64,000 nucleotides of DNA from an uncultured virus (IMG/VR IMGVR_UViG_2718218029_000001) (Duplodnaviria; Heunggongvirae; Uroviricota; Caudoviricetes): IMG/VR virus record IMGVR_UViG_2718218029_000001, positions 1 through 64,000 of that record; one strand, given 5' to 3'. Made by a program: the position numbers and the translations under genes. The notes beneath the pieces were generated by a model. The model had not been told where the DNA came from and did no database searches. It saw only the letters and a program-made list of their open reading frames with translations. Each line of letters opens with the position of its first letter. The stretch's first letter is position 1. Below, one piece after another: positions 21,432-32,186 of the stretch.

Positions 21432-23504
21432 TTACAAGTGCATGCCCCCATCTTCATGCCGGTTTCGAGTTTGGTGTTGCCGTTGCTTTTTCGTCATTTC
21501 CCACTCAGTCTTCTTTAAACCTTGCGCCTGTCTTTGTCGTTGGTAATCTTCATCACGAGCATATAGAACAGTCATGATCGCGTCACTAAAGGCCGTCTTT
21601 AAGTAATAGTCTGGACTAACTGGCTTGTAATTTAGCGGTTGATAATGTCCAATATTTACTTTTCTATACTGGTCGTCCTTGGCTTGTTGCCCTTTTAACT
21701 GCTTTTGGATTTTCTCGATCTGACTGTTCTTAATCGTCGGATCGGCTTTGCATTCGCCAAAAAAGAGTTGTTTAGTGCCATCATGCTTTAAAACCCGTTG
21801 TAAGTGATGATTTTCTAACTGATCTAAGCTCAGCCGTCCCGATAAATAAGCTAGTCCTTGTTGATGTTCTTGGGGACTGAACACCTGTGGTGGATTTGCT
21901 TGCCACTGTTCAATTGTTTCAGCCTGACATGGCTTTAAAACAGGATCATAGTACATCACGGCTGTATAGGCTTGTTCCTGTTTAATCAATGGCAATCCAT
22001 CTAAATCGCCTTTGGGAAAGGCCCTTTTTAATACTTCATGGTATTGCGTTTTAATGACTTGCTTAACGGCCATGATTGCCCGTAGGTCTTTGACTGCTCG
22101 AGTAATCTTTTGCTGCTCGGTTGGTGAATACTTTTCTAGTAGACCTTGATCAACGTGTTCTAAACTTTCTAAGCTATCATCATGAATCATCAGCGTATAT
22201 TTAAGCTTGATTTTGACTTCCTTTTCTTGTTGCATTAATAACTTCCAGCCAACGTATGGCCGTTTGGTAAAGGTCAATAATTGTCGGGTCAATAAATCAT
22301 CACGAATATTCATTAAACGTTCGTTTAATTCACTGCCTTTGAAAATCGTTTGTTCACTATTAGTTTCTTTAATCAATTCCCGTCGTTCAGCCGCGTTTGT
22401 CTGTTCAAAATCAAGCTCTGGATAAAGTTTTTTAGTCGTGCGATCAACTACTTTATTTAAGAGCTCATCTGCTTTTTTTAGTGAACTTTCTTGTTGGTTA
22501 ATTGTCAATAATTGCTTAGTGACATCTTCACCAACAGCGTGCTTAATTAAGGTACTGTTTTTCCAATTAAATAGCATGCGCCGCTTATCATCTAAACTTT
22601 CCAAACTAATATAAGTTTTCAGTCCGTGGCTTAACTCTTTGACCACTTTTTTCTCGTTAAACGAGAAGTGTTTACTTAGGCTATCCAAGTGGCCTCGATT
22701 AACTACTTTCTCCTGCATATTTTTATAGCCAGCTTTGGACTTACGATAGTTCTTAACTTGTTGATTAAATGCCTTTCTTTCATGCCGTTTGCTATTGATT
22801 CCCTCGTGTTGCATTGGTGTGTCAGCTATTCCCTGTTCCACAAATGATTTTTCACTGATCCGATCCGGAATATTTTTTTGCTCTAAAGCCTGATTGACAC
22901 TTGCCGCCCAATTGTGCCGCCATTCAGTTATTTTTTCTTTTTTATCCCAATCAACCAACCAAATTTTTCGGTTTCTCACATTCCCTGCAGGGGTCTTAGT
23001 TTTATTACCATGACTATCTAAAATGTATTTGGTTTTTGTTTTCTGTCCCCAAGTACCATCGGGGTTAAATGGGCGATTGGTTAACATCACGTGTGCGTGT
23101 GGATTATCTGGGTGATCACGATGAATCGCTACATCGGCTACCATGCCTTGATCAACAAAGTTTTCTTGCACGTATTTAGTTAATAATGTTTTTTGTTCAT
23201 CTTCACTTAACTCAATTGGTAAAGCCACGTTAAACTCTTTTGCATACCTTGAGTTTGATTTACGATCTTTCTTTTCAACTTCATTCCATAATTGTTCTCG
23301 ATTACTGGCCCATGCTGGTGCATTTTTTGGCGTCAAAATAAAGCTTTCTGGCATAACCGAGCGGGCATAAAAATAGTGGCGACCTTCCTTATCATCAAAT
23401 AGCTTTTCACCACTTCGATAAGCGGCACTGGCAATCGCACTTCGTCCTTTACCAGCACTAATATTACTAAAACTCATGTGAAAAATTGCCATGTCGGTCA
23501 CCAC
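21432..23504 (-). CDS. mobA: MobA/MobL (MOBQ) relaxase/nickase
   Basis: [32 protein letters not shown] motifs. Confidence 0.93.
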   Translation of the reverse strand: MVTDMAIFHMSFSNISAGKGRSAIASAAYRSGEKLFDDKEGRHYFYARSVMPESFILTPKNAPAWASNREQLWNEVEKKDRKSNSRYAKEFNVALPIELSEDEQKTLLTKYVQENFVDQGMVADVAIHRDHPDNPHAHVMLTNRPFNPDGTWGQKTKTKYILDSHGNKTKTPAGNVRNRKIWLVDWDKKEKITEWRHNWAASVNQALEQKNIPDRISEKSFVEQGIADTPMQHEGINSKRHERKAFNQQVKNYRKSKAGYKNMQEKVVNRGHLDSLSKHFSFNEKKVVKELSHGLKTYISLESLDDKRRMLFNWKNSTLIKHAVGEDVTKQLLTINQQESSLKKADELLNKVVDRTTKKLYPELDFEQTNAAERRELIKETNSEQTIFKGSELNERLMNIRDDLLTRQLLTFTKRPYVGWKLLMQQEKEVKIKLKYTLMIHDDSLESLEHVDQGLLEKYSPTEQQKITRAVKDLRAIMAVKQVIKTQYHEVLKRAFPKGDLDGLPLIKQEQAYTAVMYYDPVLKPCQAETIEQWQANPPQVFSPQEHQQGLAYLSGRLSLDQLENHHLQRVLKHDGTKQLFFGECKADPTIKNSQIEKIQKQLKGQQAKDDQYRKVNIGHYQPLNYKPVSPDYYLKTAFSDAIMTVLYARDEDYQRQRQAQGLKKTEWEMTKKQRQHQTRNRHEDGGMHL

Positions 23505-23535
23505 CTTTCTTTGGGTTTATGGGTTTGACTTTGTT

Positions 23536-23632
23536 GTCGCCATCGGCGACTTCTAATACAGGTTTTAATGGGTTTAGCACAACGTCATCAAAGATGACGT
23601 GTAAGTGCGCATTGACCTCGTTTCACTCGGTC
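23536..23632 (+). other. MOBQ-type origin of transfer (oriT)
   Basis: Inverted repeat acgtcatc-aaa-gatgacgt followed by GTAAGTGCGC nic core (23601-23610), immediately upstream of the relaxase. Confidence 0.8.
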
Positions 23633-23761
23633 TTCTGATTCTCTTAACTTTAATTTAGTGTATGCCTTCCGCTTCGCTATTTCAAATTTTATACTTTGAC
23701 TTAACGTTTCTTATATGATATAGTTTCGGTGATTATTTCTAATATGATTGGAGGGATCGTT

Positions 23762-23971
23762 ATGTCTCAAAGTAACTTAGAAAAACAAGAAGCTAAATTA
23801 AAAGCCCTCAATCAAAAAATTAAGGACGAAAAAAATAAGATTGAACAACGGCTAGGTAAACAAATCATCAGTCAAGCCAATTTAGATTATGCTAATTTGT
23901 CTAACGATCAGATTAAGCTTTTAGCCAAGCAATTTTCTGAATTTTTAAAGGTAAAGTCCGTAGATCATTAG
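23762..23971 (+). CDS. Small coiled-coil mobilization accessory protein (putative)
   Basis: GGAGGG SD; divergent from the relaxase across oriT. Confidence 0.6.
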   Translation: MSQSNLEKQEAKLKALNQKIKDEKNKIEQRLGKQIISQANLDYANLSNDQIKLLAKQFSEFLKVKSVDH

Positions 23972-23993
23972 CCATACGAGATGGGGAAATTCC

Positions 23994-24284
23994 ATGTCTA
24001 ATCAATATGAAAAACTAGTCGAGCAGCAAGCGCGTTTAAAACAAAAAATTGAGCGGGAAGATTTTAAATTACGGCAATCTAAATACTATGAAAATCGGCA
24101 AGCCCGCAAAGCCCGTTCTCGCCGACTAATTCAAAAAGGGGCTTTATTAGAAAAGTACTTTCAAGCTAATAACCTATCGGTCGAACAAACCGAAGAACTT
24201 TTAAAAACATTTGCTGACTATGTTAACACCCATAAACCGGATAAATTAAAAAACGATCAACCGGGACTGCTCCGAGTCAAGTAG
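23994..24284 (+). CDS. Small coiled-coil mobilization accessory protein (putative); last codons replaced by the IS3 insertion
   Basis: RKARSRRLIQKGALLEKYF motif; the native end PNN* resumes after the IS at 25966. Confidence 0.65.
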   Translation: MSNQYEKLVEQQARLKQKIEREDFKLRQSKYYENRQARKARSRRLIQKGALLEKYFQANNLSVEQTEELLKTFADYVNTHKPDKLKNDQPGLLRVK

Positions 24285-25965
24285 ACAGTTCAAATAATTA
24301 AAATAGCTATGCAGTTTTTAGAATGGCATGATTCCGAAATTCTTTCGGAGTCATGCCATTTAGTGTTTCTTGGCGACGCTTGTAGTTATACCAGTTAATA
24401 CATTTTTCGATAAGTTGAACCATTTCTTCTCGATTTAATGCATGGTGAAAATTAAAGAACTCGGTCTTCATATGACTCCAGAAGCTTTCCATAGGACTGT
24501 TATCTCCAGGGGTTCCTGGACGCGACATACTATGCTTAACCCCATTGCTAGCTAGATGTTTGTTAAATACTCCAGATGTATAGCTTGATCCCTGATCTGA
24601 GTGTAAAACCGTTGGTTTTGCACCATTGCTTATTGCTAATGCCTTATCAAATGTTCGAGTCACCAAATCGGCTGTCTCAGTTTCTTCAATGTCCCAAGCA
24701 ATGATACTGTGGTCGTTCAGGTCTTTAATCGCACTAAGTCTCAAACGTTCACTGAATTTCCAACCAAAACATAGCTCTGTACAATCAGTTACCCAGACCT
24801 GATTTGGCTTGTCTGGCTTAAAATTATGGCCTTCATCTGAAAGGAGGAGGTTATTGCTGATGTGCTCTTTCCGTTGAGCTTTTCGATCATGCTGTGCCAC
24901 GCGAATTGAAGCCACGATACCATTTTCACGCATGATCCGGCGCATTTTTCCAGCACTAGTTCGATATGTTGTATCGCAATGAAGATTCATCATTAATCTT
25001 CGTACTCCAAGGGTATATTCGTTCTCCTCTTCAATAATTTTGACGTACTTTAATATCTCTTTATCTTCCAGAGCACGTTTGCTTGGGGTTCGGTGTATCC
25101 ATTTGTAATATGCAGCACGTGAGACTTTCATAAAACGACACATAAAACTAATCCCATAAACTTGGTTTGTATCAGGGTTCACCGTAGTTGCTAAAGTTTG
25201 GATTGTTTCGTAGATGTGTGATGAGTGGCATCCAACCTTTCCAATTCTTGGAGTTTTTTTAGAACTGCATTCTCTGTCGATAAATGTTCAATTCGGGCCT
25301 TTAGACGCTTGACCTCCAGGTCACGCTTCTCGTTATCTGTAAGCTGGTCATGCACAGTCTTTCCCTTACCACGACGATCGACAAGGGCTTCTGGTCCACC
25401 TTGTTTAAACTTCCGAGTCCACGAGTAAACCTGACCATATGACACGTTGTACTTATTCATGGCGCGTGAGTAATCCATATCGTTTGCTATAATCCATTGA
25501 ACAATTTCTACACGTTCCAGCTGGGTTGTTTTCCGACCATCTTTCACTTGTTTCACACTCCTAGTGGTGAGTTGTTTACCACTAGTATACTGATGAACCC
25601 ATTGATAGATAGTACTAACGTTAGGAATATTATATTTATCGCATAATCGAGGATAAGAACTGTGTCCTTCTAGGTACTCCAGAACTATTTTTAATTTCAA
25701 TTCACTTGGATACTTTCCCATGAGTCGATGCCGCAGGCCATCGATCCCCTGTAATCCATAACGCTTTACCCATCGGCTTACTTGACTATGTTCAACTCCA
25801 TATTTTCTTTGAACGGCATTAGGAGCCATTCCCTGAGTAACTAGACCAATGTAAAACAACTTCTCTTTAATCGTATAGCGAGAACCTTTTCTGCCCATAG
25901 AAAAACTCCTCCTTAGGTAGGCAAGCTTTGATTATTTGCTTGTCTACCCAAAGAGGAGTATATCC
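24263..25965 (-). mobile_element. IS3-family (IS150-like) element; orfA 25191-25898, orfB 24307-25182
   Basis: WVTD..HSDQG..DNSPMESF DDE motif; A7 slippery run at ~25254-25260; imperfect TIRs; 3-bp target duplication ACC. Confidence 0.92.
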
Positions 25966-25967
25966 AC

Positions 25968-26474
25968 CTAATAACTAGGCCGATCGTTTTTATTTTCAGA
26001 ATTGTTTTTTGGCTTAATTTCTGGATTGTTTTTAGCAAAGTCTTTTAACTGTTTTTGAATTCTTTGTGTAAGCTCTGCTTTATTTTCTTTGTGCTTCCTT
26101 TTACTTGATCGCTGTTGAATTATCTTTTGATCCTTACCTCTTCTTTTTGATTTTAGGGCAAGCGTAAAATCTGAAATTTTATTTTGATCTAGCTTACTTA
26201 AATGACCGATTTCTTTAAAGTTTAAACCGGCTTTGGGAAAGCGATAAATATTACCAAGATCGACCCAGGAAGGTTTCTTCAACCCAGCGGATTGCCAATC
26301 TTGAATCGGATAATATTGTTGCTTGATATAAGCCGACTTCTTTTCATACTGACTAGTAATTTTAAAAGCCTCGACCGTCTGTTCTGATACCCGACGAATT
26401 AAAACTGGCCGAGACTTGCCACCGTTAGTTTCTACAAAACTAACGTATAGGCTGACTAAGTCATTAGTCCTCAT
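25968..26474 (-). CDS. PemK/MazF-like toxin with an extended basic C-terminal tail
   Basis: VSFVETNGGKSRPVLI..KITS..AGLKKPSWVD fold signature; overlaps the antitoxin gene. Confidence 0.7.
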   Translation of the reverse strand: MRTNDLVSLYVSFVETNGGKSRPVLIRRVSEQTVEAFKITSQYEKKSAYIKQQYYPIQDWQSAGLKKPSWVDLGNIYRFPKAGLNFKEIGHLSKLDQNKISDFTLALKSKRRGKDQKIIQQRSSKRKHKENKAELTQRIQKQLKDFAKNNPEIKPKNNSENKNDRPSY

Positions 26475-26745
26475 CTAGATCATTGAGCCAATCAGCGACT
26501 TCTTTGGCGTCTTTGAACTCTGTTACTGGTGTCCCTTCGGTCGCCTTTAAAAAGCGTAAATTAGCTTTTTCTTCTTCGCTTAAAGACGCATTAAAAGGTA
26601 AAGCACCATTAGCAACAATCCGCTTGTAAAACATGTTAATGGCCGTGGTTGGATTTAAGCCCAATTCGCTTAAAACTGCTTCGGTATCATCGGCCAAATC
26701 TTTATCAATCTTGACTTGGACCCGTTTTTTTTCCTTAACTGCCAT
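26464..26745 (-). CDS. RelB/DinJ-family antitoxin
   Basis: RHH N-terminus VQVKID..LGLNPTTAINMFYKRIV..ALPF. Confidence 0.88.
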   Translation of the reverse strand: MAVKEKKRVQVKIDKDLADDTEAVLSELGLNPTTAINMFYKRIVANGALPFNASLSEEEKANLRFLKATEGTPVTEFKDAKEVADWLNDLDED

Positions 26746-27412
26746 GATTGTCTCATCCCCTTTCTTTTGCTACTACCATTATACTACCTTTTAAGTACCT
26801 TATCAATAGATAAAGCCCTGGCCTCAAATCACTTGAGCTTGGCGTTGAGCTAAAGGCTGAACTTTTGAGCTGGTTAGCTCTGGCACTCATTTAAAAGCCC
26901 CTATTCTTCTGTTTAAGACATTTAAATCTAACTTAAGTATAAAGGGGGAGGTCGGCAAGCCTTAAAACTGCTTAGAAAGGATTTTGTAGCCTTTTAGGAT
27001 TAGTAGTACAACCCACTGTTGTCGTTGTCGGCCGGCTTTTCTTCTTCGGGGTGTTTGGCCACGTATTCTCTAGCCGCTTGTTTATTCCACCAAACAGCAA
27101 ATAGTACGACACCAAAAACTAAGCAGTATTCATCATGTTACAGCACCCAAGTAAAAGCTACAAAGATAAAAACATTCATCCTCAAAATATGTAACCTAGA
27201 AAAAAGGCCTCCAGTGTTAAACCGGGAGCCTTTTTTAGTATACCAATTTCTACTTCACACAAGGCGGCTTATCCCAAGTAACCTCATCACGCCCTGGCAC
27301 TTCCACATTCCGTTATTTTATCTTTGTGAACTTGCCCAAAAAAGAAGTGGTATAGGTTACAGATTGGCCTTAATTGGGGAAAATGAGTTTGTGAAATTCA
27401 CTGGGATTACTC

Positions 27413-27745
27413 CTAGACCATTCCCTTAAATTCAACTGTCTCATTCTTTGTATTAACCAAAAACTTACCAACACTCCCCTGATACTTCACGGATACTTTA
27501 AAAGAATACTTGTAATTTACCCGAGTATATCGAATACTACTAATTCTCCCCTGATACCCTTGCTTACGCAAAACTCTTTTTACTTGATCTCTCTGCTGAT
27601 TTGTAATTCTTGCAGAACTCCGATAGATTGTCTTCTTAACGATCACATCTGGATTCAATGGAACAATGTAATCCTTACATTCCAACAATTCCACCAACTT
27701 TCTTTTTTTCTTTGGAATTTGACTTGACGGGTTACGGTTTTCCAT
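27413..27745 (-). CDS. Hypothetical basic protein downstream of the structured RNA locus
   Basis: 110-aa K/R-rich ORF; no recognised motif; start overlaps the predicted RNA 3' helix. Confidence 0.4.
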   Translation of the reverse strand: MENRNPSSQIPKKKRKLVELLECKDYIVPLNPDVIVKKTIYRSSARITNQQRDQVKRVLRKQGYQGRISSIRYTRVNYKYSFKVSVKYQGSVGKFLVNTKNETVEFKGMV

Positions 27746-28385
27746 TCAGTTTAGAGGGAGTGACGTTTTGAGCGCAGAATTGTTCCCTGGAATCAGCTAT
27801 TTGGAATAACTGAACCAGAGTACAATTCTACTACTAAAAGTTTCCCCTTAGTTCGTCGGTCGTTAACGCCCGTCGCTTGTCTGTACAATTGCGGTATTGC
27901 TACCACCACTCATTATAAACCTACGTTTTCGGTTTAACCTACTAAAAAACGCCCTAGTAGGCGTTGGCAATACGTATTTATGTTTGTTCGATCACCAACT
28001 AATCAGTGGCACCAAGCCGAAGCTTCGTTTTACCACCCGCGCCGTTAATGGTCGCGCTCACCATTCACCACCCAGCCGTACAGATGACCTTGTTGTGGTA
28101 TAGCCAGACTTATTGAAGTCGCACTGGCAAACGTGTCCCCTTGGATTTAGACCCCAGCTTGTCCCCTAGGGCTTTAAAAATCGCACCGGCCATGATATAA
28201 TAGTCAGTAAATGAGTTGACTTTTGTGTGGCGCTCACCGATGCCAGTCGGTGGGTGTTTTTTTTTATGCAGTTTTTTAGGTATTACTTCTTTTGAACTAC
28301 TGACAGTGTCCCCCATGATTCACAGTTAGTACAGCAAACGGTGGAAATAATGTTAAAAACACATCATATAATAGGACTGTCAATA
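27720..28385 (-). ncRNA. Putative large structured replication-associated RNA (copy A)
   Basis: TTGACA (28416-28421)-18-TATAAT (28392-28397) promoter; GC-enriched and stem-rich; motif-level homology and covariation with 38224-38925. Confidence 0.6.
28208..28265 (+). ncRNA. Putative counter-transcribed antisense RNA (ctRNA A)
   Basis: TGaTATAAT at 28193-28201; terminator cgctcaccga..tcggtgggtg plus T9. Confidence 0.65.
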
Positions 28386-28434
28386 TCAATGATTATAGCC
28401 CTTTCATAGGATATCTGTCAACAATTATATTTAA

Positions 28435-28645
28435 TTTCCCTTTTTCCCTTTATCTATTTATCCCTAAATAGAATTATCCCTAAATAGAAATATCCCTAAA
28501 TCCCTTTTTCTATTTAGGGATATTTTTAATTCCCATTATAACAGTGTTCTCAGTCGATAAGTATCCCTTTTTCCCTTTATCCCAATTTCTATATATCCTT
28601 AATTCTATATATCTAAATAACTATTTAGGGAAATTTCCCTTTCAC
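28435..28645. repeat. Centromere-like (parS) repeats upstream of parA
   Basis: Multiple direct and inverted TATCCCTAAATAG / TTCCCTTT units. Confidence 0.7.
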
Positions 28646-28692
28646 TATTAAATTGTGGTATACTAATTAAAAATCAATTGGAGGTCGTTGTT

Positions 28693-29553
28693 ATGGATAT
28701 TCCAGACGTAGTAAAGGCTATACAGTCTCGTGATGAGGCATTAACCATTGTGATTGGTAATCAAAAGGGTGGCGTGGGAAAAACAACTAACACGTATCTC
28801 ATCGCTTATACCTTAGCTAAAATGGGAATACATACGTTGGTTGCAGACTTAGACCCACAAGCCAACGCCACTAAAACACTAATGTTAACGAAAAGTCAGC
28901 AGGAAGATACCGTGTACTCAATTAAAAAAACTCTGATGGTAGGCGTACAGGAGAAAGATCTAACAGACTTACCAGTTAAGATAATGGATAACCTTGACCT
29001 AATTCCTTCATATATTGATTTCCAAGATTTCACGAAATATTTATATCAGAATACGAATAATGAGTACGAAGAAACACATCTGTTGGAGCCCTTGTTTAAT
29101 CCATTGAAGAAGAAATATGATGTAATTCTGTTGGATGTGCCACCATTTAGTATTGAGATTACCCGTAATGCTGTTATCTTCTCAGACTTTGCACTTATCA
29201 GCTTGCAAACACACGATGATAGTCTATCCGGTGCAGAAGAGTATGTGAATACCCTTTCTAAACTTCAGCAAGAGTATCAGCTAGATATAGAGGTAATTGG
29301 TATCTTGCCAATGCTTCACGATGCCCGTAACGGTGTCGATCAGACAATCATACAATCTGCTAAGGATGAGTTTGGAGAAGAAAATGTATTCACAAATATT
29401 GTTACTCAAATGGCCCGGATTAAACGATTCCCAATTAATGGAATTACCGATAAGGACCGCTTCGATAAGCGAGTGTTAGACAAGTACCAGCAAGTTACCG
29501 ATGAGTTATTAAGCCGGATTGGCTTATTTATAGATGATAAGGAGGCCAAGTAA
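28693..29553 (+). CDS. parA: ParA/Soj Walker-type partition ATPase
   Basis: NQKGGVGKTT, DLDPQANAT, LLDVPP motifs. Confidence 0.93.
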   Translation: MDIPDVVKAIQSRDEALTIVIGNQKGGVGKTTNTYLIAYTLAKMGIHTLVADLDPQANATKTLMLTKSQQEDTVYSIKKTLMVGVQEKDLTDLPVKIMDNLDLIPSYIDFQDFTKYLYQNTNNEYEETHLLEPLFNPLKKKYDVILLDVPPFSIEITRNAVIFSDFALISLQTHDDSLSGAEEYVNTLSKLQQEYQLDIEVIGILPMLHDARNGVDQTIIQSAKDEFGEENVFTNIVTQMARIKRFPINGITDKDRFDKRVLDKYQQVTDELLSRIGLFIDDKEAK

Positions 29554-29554
29554 G

Positions 29555-29854
29555 ATGCCAAGTAAAAAGCCTAATATTCTTCAACGAAGGGTTACCGGAG
29601 CGGTAAAGCCATCAGAAGAGTACCATGCAACAGATAATGCTACGAAAAAAGAGAATAAATCTTCCTCTATGCCAAAAAATCAGAAAAAATCCCTTAAGGT
29701 ATCCGCAGAGACTTACAAGGATATGAAAGTCCTGAAGACAATTGAACATGTTAGCTTCGACTACGAGATTATCCAGCTTCTTATTGACCAGTATTACAAG
29801 GATATGACCGAGGAACAACAGCGCAGGTATACCGTATTGCGGGAGAATATGTAA
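29555..29854 (+). CDS. Small centromere-binding partner (type Ib par)
   Basis: Directly downstream of parA; flexible N-terminus and RHH-like C-terminus. Confidence 0.65.
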   Translation: MPSKKPNILQRRVTGAVKPSEEYHATDNATKKENKSSSMPKNQKKSLKVSAETYKDMKVLKTIEHVSFDYEIIQLLIDQYYKDMTEEQQRRYTVLRENM

Positions 29855-29877
29855 GCAGTGCTACATTAAAATAAAAG

Positions 29878-30920
29878 GGTAGATTGCAAATTTAATCCGA
29901 ATTTTTGGACAAATTTGTCAGTATAACCTGATACGGTGTTTGCCAGTCGAGTATTTTAAGCGGTCGCTGGTTAATTTGGAGTAACGTCGTCGTTAAATCT
30001 TGAGCACTAATGTGCTCAAAACGAGTCCCTTTAGGATAAAAATAACGTAAATTCCGATTAAAGCGTTCATTACTACCACGTTCAGCTGGCGTATAAGCAT
30101 GGCAGTAATAGGTCTTAATACCATATTGTGATTCAAGTGATACTAGCCCACTAAACTCAGTGCCACGGTCCACAGTAAAGCTGTGCACCGGACCATTAAA
30201 AGTGGTTAGGAACTTAGTTAGGGCTTCATTAACAGTCGCTGTCGTCCGATCTTTTAACCGGTATGCCCAAAGGAACCGTGATTGGCGATCGATTAAAGTT
30301 AATAAAACTGCCTTACTATGCCCACGAGGACCAACGACTGTATCTAGTTCAAAATCGCCGATGCGCTTACGTTGATTAATCATCATGGGACGCTGTTCAA
30401 TTGATCGCCCCAAAGATTGATTATATTTGGATCGTTGGTCAACGTTACGCCGTTGGCGTACGCCATGTTCAGGTAGATCATTCAAGGAGAAACCAATTCT
30501 CCCCTGATTTAGCCAATTATAAATAGATTTAGTAGCTAGTTTAAATTCGTGAGCAATCATTCCTGGTGACCAGCTTAGACGTAAATGGTTGAGAATTTTT
30601 TGCTTTAACTCATCGCTCAGCTTAGTTTTCCGACCACATCGTGATCGCTTGTATTCGGCATCTGTTTGTGCTAATTCAGCCTGATAAGGTTGACATCGAG
30701 ATAATTCATAAGAAATTGTTGACGGTGATCGGTTCAGCCGAACGCCCATTTGGATATTGGACAGCCCTAGTTCACAAAAGGTTTCGATTTTAATTCGTTC
30801 GGAATAGGTTATACTAGACAAAAGATCAGCTCCTAAAAGATGGGTTTGTGGTAAACACCATTTTAAAGGAAGCTGATCTTTTTTGTCCGAACAGCGTTCG
30901 GATTAATTTTACAATCTACC
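29878..30920 (-). mobile_element. IS30-family element (ISLpl1-like, 1043 bp; transposase 29892-30821)
   Basis: GDFELDTV, TVDRGTEF, ERGSNE motifs; TIRs ggtagattg..aatccgaa. Confidence 0.93.
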
Positions 30921-31960
30921 ATTTGTGATCAGCCTTTCTTTTGAGTGTCAAAATCAAAAGAAAGGCTGATCACAAATGACCTATACTCATCTTACTATAG
31001 ACGAACTTGCCACAATTTATTCTTTTTGGAAACTCGGTAAAAAGGCTTATCTAGTGGCCCCAGCGCTCCATCGGAGTGCTGAAACTGTGTATCGTATTTA
31101 TCGGTTTCTTGACGCTGGCGGTACGATTATTGATTACCAATGCCACTATCGAAAGCATAAACAACATTGTGGGCGTAAACCAATTCAACTACGCCCTGAT
31201 GAACTGGCCTATATTCAAGCCAAAACTCAAGCTGGTTGGCAACCAGATACCATTATTAATCGCCAAGAACGGGCTTTCAGCTGTGGGGTTCGAACCCTTT
31301 ACCGCCTTTTCAAACGCGGTGTTTTGGGGTTGTCGACCAAAGATTTACCGATGCACGGCAAACGGCACCCTAATGGTTACATTGAACGCCGTGGGAAAGC
31401 GGGTCAATTGGGCAGGGATTTAAAGAATCGTTATCAGGACTATCCTAATTTTAATCAAGAATTCGGCCATTTAGAAGGTGACACGGTTCAAGGTAAAAAC
31501 CATCAGGGTGCGGTAACCACGCTGGTTGAACGACAAACTAAGGTCGCAATTGTGCTGAATTCGCATACCAAGTCGGCACACGATGTCAATCGTAGTTTAG
31601 CAGGATGGCTTTCGAAGCTGCCACGACACCTATTTAAGTCAATTACGTTTGACAATGGTAAGGAGTTCGCCGGTTGGCGAACCATTGCTAACCAATTTGA
31701 TTTAAATATTTACTTTGCCGCTGTCGGAGCACCCAATCAACGTGGTTTAAATGAGAACACCAATGGTCTGCTGCGTAAAGATGGTTTACGTCACAATCTT
31801 ATTATGGACCAGCTATCAGATGGATTTGTTCAAGCAGTTGCCAGTCGACGAAACCACATCCCACGAAAAAGTTTGGGTTACCAGACACCTCTGGAAGCAT
31901 TCATCAGTCAGATTACAGATGAACAGTTAAAAAATTTCTAACTTAATTTGACAATTCGGG
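30921..31960 (+). mobile_element. Second IS30-family element (transposase 30976-31941); left end cut by the neighbouring IS
   Basis: GHLEGDTV, TFDNGKEF, QRGLNEN motifs; right end ttgacaattcggg. Confidence 0.88.
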
Positions 31961-32066
31961 AGATTAAAAACACTGCTTTTGGCTTCCGTAATTGGGAGAA
32001 CTTTGTCAACCGTATTAAGATTCAACGCCAATGGCTTCACCCAGCACGTCAAACTGTGACGGTATA
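31961..32066 (+). pseudogene. ISL3-family transposase C-terminal remnant
   Basis: Translates to IKNTAFGFRNWENFVNRIKI. Confidence 0.6.
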
Positions 32067-32186
32067 AAAAAGTACCTAGACCAATTAAGCTCCAGATACT
32101 TCATAAGGATTCCATCAACTTCACATGACAAATAACAAAAAAACTGGCATTGGTGTGGTCCAATGCCAGAAATTTTACAGCCAATA

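Noticed and set aside
27019..28316. Short ORFs 27019-27429, 27897-28103 and 28110-28316 as Rep fragments
   Set aside because: No initiator motifs, inconsistent strands, and they overlap the predicted RNA elements
28435..28645. Repeats as a CRISPR array or Rep iterons
   Set aside because: Short, irregular and in mixed orientation with no unique spacers; position upstream of parA fits a centromere
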